DNA of 64,000 nt from Planctomycetota bacterium (GTDB taxonomy: Bacteria > Planctomycetota > UBA8108 > SXIK01). Shown piece by piece: positions 58,957 to 64,000 of this stretch. Every line of letters starts with the position of its first letter. Position 1 is the first letter of the stretch. Under the pieces are notes generated by a model. That model worked only from the letters and a program-made list of their open reading frames with translations. It was not told the origin of the DNA and made no database searches. Position numbers and translations under genes: made by a program. The stretch spans positions 1,664,001 through 1,728,000 of the forward strand of contig CBDCXR010000004.1 of assembly GCA_965223845.1 (NCBI GenBank). The letters are read 5' to 3'.

Positions 58957-61224
58957 TCACCGTCGCGGATTCATCTGCGCGTCGATGACACCGATCAACC
59001 GCTCCGCATCCACGTAACCCGGCGCGATCTCCGCCGCCCGCGTCGCCGCTTCGCGCGCGGCGGGAAGGTCACCGATGCGAAGGAGGATCGTCGCCCGCGC
59101 GTAGGGGTATTCGGGGACTTGAGGATCCTCTTTCTCCGCGCGCGCGAGAGCCGTGAGCGCGCGATCTTCGTCTCCGACCTCGTTCAGCAGGAGCCCGAGG
59201 TTGTACCAGGCGCGCGCGAACGTCGAGTCGAGCGCGCAGGCCGCCTCGAGCTCCCGACGCGCATCGTCGATGCGGCCGGCCTCGGCGAGTGCGAGGCCGT
59301 AGGACATCGCGATCCCCGCGCTCTCCGGCTCGAGCTTCCGCGCCGCCGCGAGCTGATCGACGGCGCCCGCGTGGTCCCCCGTGCCCGAGAGGAGGACCGC
59401 GTAGGCCTCGCGAATCCCCGCCGAGTTCGGGTCCCAGGCGACCGCTTTCGCGAACCACTGGCGAGCGCGCGGGACATCGCCGCGTTCGGAGTAGAAATAC
59501 CCGCGCTGCATCGCGCCCGTGGGCTGATCAGCAATCTGGTCGAGATGCGCGGCGAGCTCCTTTCCGGCCTTCGAGCTCATGTCGAGTCGCCGTCGCAACA
59601 CCCAGGCGGCTTCGAGGCGGACGAGTCGCGAAGTGTCGCCCGCGAGATGCGCGACCCTCGCCGCGCCCTCGGGAAGAAGGTCGAAGGAGCGAGTGACCGC
59701 GGCGCGAACGAGGGGTTCGGGGTCACCGAGCCACTCGACGAACCGACCTCGCACGGGTTCGAGGTGGATCCAAGGGGCGAGGAGATTCACCGCCACCGTG
59801 CGCCAGACGGGCGATTTCTCCTCGTCCACCATCGCGGCGAGCTGCGCGATGGCGTCGGGGTCGCCCCGCTGCCCGCGCGCGACCGTACGCGCGCGAGCCC
59901 GCGTGTTTCGCTCCATGCGTTTCCCGTACCACTTCTCGGTCGCTTCGATCGCCCATTCGGTGCTCCGGTCCGTGTGACAACGATTGCACGCGTTCGGGAT
60001 TCCGAGCTCCTTCGTGAGAAGTGGATCCGGGATCGTAAACCCGTGATCGCGCCTGGGATCCCGCTGCATGTACGTCGTCTCCGGCATGTGACAGTTCACG
60101 CACTGGCCGCCGGGCTTCGTGACGTCGTGGTGGCTATGGCTCGCGGGATCGATCTTCCCCTTGTGGCACGAGAGGCAGAGTGCGTTCCCCTCGAGACGAA
60201 GTCGCGCGCCGTGCGGCTCGTGGCAGTGCGTGCAGCGCACACCCTCACCGTGCATTCGGCTCGAGAGAAAGGACGTGTACACGTAGTTCTCGCCGAGCAC
60301 CTGACCGTCGGCGTAGTAGATCTCGGGTTCGTCCGGGAGCACCGGACGGAAGTGTTCGGTGAAGCGTTCACCCGCGATGTAGCCCTCGGTGAGCTCGGAC
60401 CGGCGCGCGTGGCAGGCGCCGCAGGTGTCGAGGATCGTGTCGGGCGTCCGGACGGGTTTCTCCGGCCAGGGCTCGCTCTTTCGCTCGGAACGATACCAGG
60501 CGACGTGTTCGGCGTACGGACCGTGACAGGCCTCGCAGCCGACGCCCATCTCCTTCCACGTGGTCGTGTAGGCGTCCGCTCGGGCGTCGTATCCCTTCCG
60601 CAAATGCGTCATGTGACACGAGGCGCACATCGAGTTCCACGTCATGCCGCGTCCCGTCCAGTGTCCCCACTCTCCGGCCCGGCGGTCTTCCTCGCCGAAA
60701 ACGTCGAACCACTCGTTCTCCTTCGGGTCGAACGAGAGTGAAGCGACCTGCAGGCGGCCGCGCTCTCCGGGGACGAGGAATTGAATGAGCGGGGTCGTAC
60801 CGATGATCCGCTCGGGGACGTGAGGCGAGCTCCCGCCGTCGCGACCCTGGGTGACGATCTCGAGTCGGCCGTCGCGCTCTCGGAGCGAAGACCTGATGCC
60901 GCCGAAGCTCACGTCGCGCGCCGGCTCGAAGGCCTTCCGGTCGCGTTCGAAGTCGAGAGTTCGCTCCGCGAGGGCGTGATGGGACGACGCCCAGAGCTCG
61001 TACTGGCCCGCGTGGCATTCCCGGCAGCTGGCCGAACCGGCGTAGCTGCGCTCGACCGGTACGGTGGGCCGCGTCGGATTCGGTCGCTTTCCGCCCTGCG
61101 GATCCCGTGACGGCTCGTCCGAGCTCGCGAGAAAGATCCCCGTCGCGGCGGCGAGCGCCACACTGCCGCTCACAAGTATCCAAAGCTGGAGGCGTCTCGC
61201 GCTCACCCGAGAACTCCGCGCCAA
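58957..61224 (-). CDS. Multiheme c-type cytochrome with HEAT/TPR C-terminus
   Basis: 8 CxxCH motifs (CRECH, CASCH, CEACH, CGACH, CTHCH, CLSCH, CVNCH, CNRCH); TPRs (AWYNLG); start may be the GTG at 61206. Confidence 0.92.
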   Translation of the reverse strand: MARSSRVSARRLQLWILVSGSVALAAATGIFLASSDEPSRDPQGGKRPNPTRPTVPVERSYAGSASCRECHAGQYELWASSHHALAERTLDFERDRKAFEPARDVSFGGIRSSLRERDGRLEIVTQGRDGGSSPHVPERIIGTTPLIQFLVPGERGRLQVASLSFDPKENEWFDVFGEEDRRAGEWGHWTGRGMTWNSMCASCHMTHLRKGYDARADAYTTTWKEMGVGCEACHGPYAEHVAWYRSERKSEPWPEKPVRTPDTILDTCGACHARRSELTEGYIAGERFTEHFRPVLPDEPEIYYADGQVLGENYVYTSFLSSRMHGEGVRCTHCHEPHGARLRLEGNALCLSCHKGKIDPASHSHHDVTKPGGQCVNCHMPETTYMQRDPRRDHGFTIPDPLLTKELGIPNACNRCHTDRSTEWAIEATEKWYGKRMERNTRARARTVARGQRGDPDAIAQLAAMVDEEKSPVWRTVAVNLLAPWIHLEPVRGRFVEWLGDPEPLVRAAVTRSFDLLPEGAARVAHLAGDTSRLVRLEAAWVLRRRLDMSSKAGKELAAHLDQIADQPTGAMQRGYFYSERGDVPRARQWFAKAVAWDPNSAGIREAYAVLLSGTGDHAGAVDQLAAARKLEPESAGIAMSYGLALAEAGRIDDARRELEAACALDSTFARAWYNLGLLLNEVGDEDRALTALARAEKEDPQVPEYPYARATILLRIGDLPAAREAATRAAEIAPGYVDAERLIGVIDAQMNPRR

Positions 61225-61228
61225 AGAG

Positions 61229-61708
61229 CTAAGCGTCGGGCTTGAAGGCGAGCACGAGATACGCGCCGGTCGCCGCGAGCACCAGCCCAGCGTAGAACCC
61301 GGGGTGAATCGCCGACAGCCCGCCTTCCGGCGGATGCGAAAAGGACGAGATCATCGCGTTGACGACCGGAGCCCCGGCGAAGACGAGCGGCATGACGACG
61401 AGAGGAGTCCCGCCGCTTTTGAACGCCCAAATGATACACACCGCTCCGAGTGCGCCCAAGACGCCGGAGGCCGTCGAGAAGAGCGCGCCCCTCGCCGTGA
61501 ATCCCGCGAGCTCGCCCTTCGCCGCGAGAAACCCGGCGGGAACGAGCACACCGACGAGGAAATACGCCCCGCCCACGCAGAGGAGGGCGCGAAGCGATTT
61601 GTGCAGACGCTCGGCGTCGTCGAACGCCAATTGTCCCTTGTGGAGAGCTGGACCGTAGGCTCCCCAAGAGAGAGCCGCGCCGACGACGAAGAACAGCCAA
61701 GTGTGCAT
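61229..61708 (-). CDS. Small 5-TM membrane protein (EamA/DMT-like)
   Basis: WG.YGP.LH.G, VMPLVF.GAP.VN; hydrophobic helices. Confidence 0.75.
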   Translation of the reverse strand: MHTWLFFVVGAALSWGAYGPALHKGQLAFDDAERLHKSLRALLCVGGAYFLVGVLVPAGFLAAKGELAGFTARGALFSTASGVLGALGAVCIIWAFKSGGTPLVVMPLVFAGAPVVNAMISSFSHPPEGGLSAIHPGFYAGLVLAATGAYLVLAFKPDA

Positions 61709-61865
61709 TCGGGGGGTCCTTTCGCGGAGTTCGAACAAGTCTGCGAGGATATTCTCCTCCGTTCGGCGCGAATTGAAAGGCCGAGGCGGAATCGATCGGG
61801 AAGGGACGGGGAACGACACAACGGTACCCGTACGGGCCGAAGGCGAACGCCCTCGCCCGCTCCAC

Positions 61866-61906
61866 AAAAAAAGAGGCGACCCCCTGTCACCAGGGAGCCG
61901 CCTCTT
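61866..61906 (-). terminator. Rho-independent terminator of the dockerin-protein gene
   Basis: Minus strand AAGAGGCG...CGCCTC followed by a T tract. Confidence 0.85.
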
Positions 61907-61953
61907 CCGGCGATCCGGCCCGCGCGAGGCGGTCCGGGATCACTCGTCCGCGA

Positions 61954-64000
61954 TCAGCACTTGTCGTACAGCACGCAGCCGAGAGAGCCTTCCGGATTCG
62001 GATCGGTACAGTCGATCCCGTCCGGCCCGGCGCCGTCGATCGGGGGCGGTCCATCCCCGAACAGCCGGTTCAGAGCGAAGATCGCGTCCGCGATGTTGTA
62101 GGAGTTGTCGGCGTTGACGTCGGCCGTCTCCAGACAGGACGGATCTCCACCGTCGCCGAACTTGTTGTTCAGCATGAAGATCGCATCTGCGATGTTGAAG
62201 CTGCCGTCGTTGTTGGCGTCGCCGTACTTGATCTGACCCATCGGCGGGGCGTCGCTCTTCGCGTGGAGAGTGACCATCACGTCGTCGACGTCGGCGTTGT
62301 GGAACGCGCCACCGGTTCCACCGGTGAAGCCGACGAACGCGCGGCGAAGCACGGGCTCCTGATCCTCGGCGACCGGCTGGCCCCCGACCGTGTCGAACGT
62401 CACCACCGTGTCGAGGACCTTCGTACGCTCAAACTCCGGCTCCTGACCTTGGCTGGTCTCGGGGGCCGAAATGTACGCCTCGACGTGGCCGTTGTTGTAC
62501 TCGATCTCGACGTGGATCGGGATTCCGACTCCGCCGAAGTCCATGAACTCCGGCCAGCCGTCACCGCCGAGGAACGTCGGGAAACGGTTCGGATCGAGGT
62601 CGATGTGCGTCTGGACGTGCGGAGTCACGATACCGTTTTGAATGACGCCCATGTGGAGGTAGTCGTTGGTGTTGTAGCCGCTCGGCTCCTGGGCGTTGTT
62701 CTGCCAGGAGTCGAACTCGACCGCAAAACCGTTGAGTCCGGAGTAGCCCGTTCCACCGCCGGCGCCGCCGACCACTCCGTCGGGGTTCTGCGTGAGCGGA
62801 TCGTCGGCATCGAGAACGACGAACGTGAGCCCGTCGGCCGGATCGCCACCCGGGTGGCTGAAGAAGACATCGAACTCCGCGGAGAACGAGTTCTCCGTGA
62901 GGTCGATCGGCTCGGTGTAAATGACCGCCGCGCCGATGTTTCCTTCGTTGTTCGTGATCCGGAGACGACCCTCGGCACCCGGCTCCTGCGTCACGCCCGG
63001 CATGAACGGATCGAAGCCGCCGTTGCCGCCGTTACAGACCCAGCCGTCGGGGCACTCTTCCTCATCGGTGTGCTCGTCGAAGTCGTCATCGATGAAGGCG
63101 GTGGTGTCGCCGCGTCCGAACGGAGCCGGAGCGTAAACCACCGTGTTCTCACCCTTGATACCGAACGAGAACGGAGTTCCGGGGTCCGTCATGGAACCGC
63201 CGAAACGGCCTTCCACAAGGGCTCCGGCGGTCTCGAGGTCGTACGTGAGGGCGTCGGGAACTTCGCCGGCCGCGAACGTCCAGGAGATCGTGTTGTCGAC
63301 GACCGCCCCGTCGTGCGACGGGTTCGTCGCGGACCACTCGACCGGGAAGGTCTCGACGATCGTCACCTCCGCGAGGGCCTCGCAGCCATCGCCGGCCCCG
63401 CGCGGATTCGTGAGCGCGATCGCGACGCCGAGCGTCTCGCCTTCCACGCTCCAAGAATCTCTCTCGCGAGCACCGATGATCACCGAGCCACTGGCATCGA
63501 TCGACCGATTGGCCGAGAGCGGCGCCGTGCGGCAGCCGGCGGTCGGGAACTTGGAGACACTGATGCCCTCGGTGATCGGGTTGCCGAGGTCGTCCTGGAA
63601 GCGGAATGCCCAGTTCCAGTCGCCGCCACCCTCGAAGACCTTGATGATGAGGCGGTTTTCACCTTCGAGGAGAGTGACCGGTTCGATCGAGACGTCCTGC
63701 GGGTTGCAGGCCGACGCACCACCGCGCGCGACGTTGTTGATCCAGACTTCCTCTTCGTTGAGGATCACCTGGACGGCGTCGTCACTCGAGACACCGAGGA
63801 AGGCCTCGGTCTCCTCTTCGGCGAAGACGTAGATCTGACCGTACGCCATGACGTTGTCGGGCGTCGGCGGGAACACGTCGTTGTTCAGGTTGATGAAGCT
63901 GTCGCTGCCGTTGTAGGCGAAGACCGTCACGGTGTCTTCGTCGGCTTTCGGGTTCCGGTTGAGACCGTCGAGGAAGATTCCGTCCGCGGCGGAGTCGCCG
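61954..64000 (-). CDS. Acidic multidomain protein (5'-truncated): PA14-like, L-type lectin-like and C-terminal dockerin-like domains
   Basis: SSDDAVQV.LN; ADGLTFV...GFAVEFD...VGFTGGTGG; GDANNDGSFNIADAI and ADVNADNSYNIADAI. Confidence 0.85.
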   Translation of the reverse strand, partial: GDSAADGIFLDGLNRNPKADEDTVTVFAYNGSDSFINLNNDVFPPTPDNVMAYGQIYVFAEEETEAFLGVSSDDAVQVILNEEEVWINNVARGGASACNPQDVSIEPVTLLEGENRLIIKVFEGGGDWNWAFRFQDDLGNPITEGISVSKFPTAGCRTAPLSANRSIDASGSVIIGARERDSWSVEGETLGVAIALTNPRGAGDGCEALAEVTIVETFPVEWSATNPSHDGAVVDNTISWTFAAGEVPDALTYDLETAGALVEGRFGGSMTDPGTPFSFGIKGENTVVYAPAPFGRGDTTAFIDDDFDEHTDEEECPDGWVCNGGNGGFDPFMPGVTQEPGAEGRLRITNNEGNIGAAVIYTEPIDLTENSFSAEFDVFFSHPGGDPADGLTFVVLDADDPLTQNPDGVVGGAGGGTGYSGLNGFAVEFDSWQNNAQEPSGYNTNDYLHMGVIQNGIVTPHVQTHIDLDPNRFPTFLGGDGWPEFMDFGGVGIPIHVEIEYNNGHVEAYISAPETSQGQEPEFERTKVLDTVVTFDTVGGQPVAEDQEPVLRRAFVGFTGGTGGAFHNADVDDVMVTLHAKSDAPPMGQIKYGDANNDGSFNIADAIFMLNNKFGDGGDPSCLETADVNADNSYNIADAIFALNRLFGDGPPPIDGAGPDGIDCTDPNPEGSLGCVLYDKC

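Overview
High-GC bacterial chromosomal window. The gene content (PVC-type heme-binding CxxCH protein, DUF1501, CRTAC1/ASPIC, planctomycete cytochrome c, dockerin-tailed secreted proteins) suggests Planctomycetota; this is an inference from domain content only. It holds about 43 CDS, two tRNAs (Pro-GGG, Asn-GTT) with recognisable promoters and terminators, and one HUH/Y1 RAYT-like transposase. Housekeeping and envelope genes include the ilvC 3' end, acnA, arnB/arnD-like genes, lptF/G and a MacAB-like ABC exporter. Four things stand out. (1) A compact locus of ECF sigma, a membrane anti-sigma-like protein with a dockerin, a cohesin-like exported protein and a VIT/vWA lipoprotein, possibly cohesin-dockerin pairing used for signalling. 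(2) A nested repeat ladder (25/54/134/134 bp, all sharing one end) between tRNA-Pro and the transposase, with motifs recurring on its other flank. (3) A porin-Rieske-di-heme oxidoreductase operon with paired operator-like boxes opposite a DtxR/MntR gene. (4) An IlvC carrying a histone-H1-like basic tail. All product calls come from motifs recognised by eye; no database searches were run, and start codons are best guesses.
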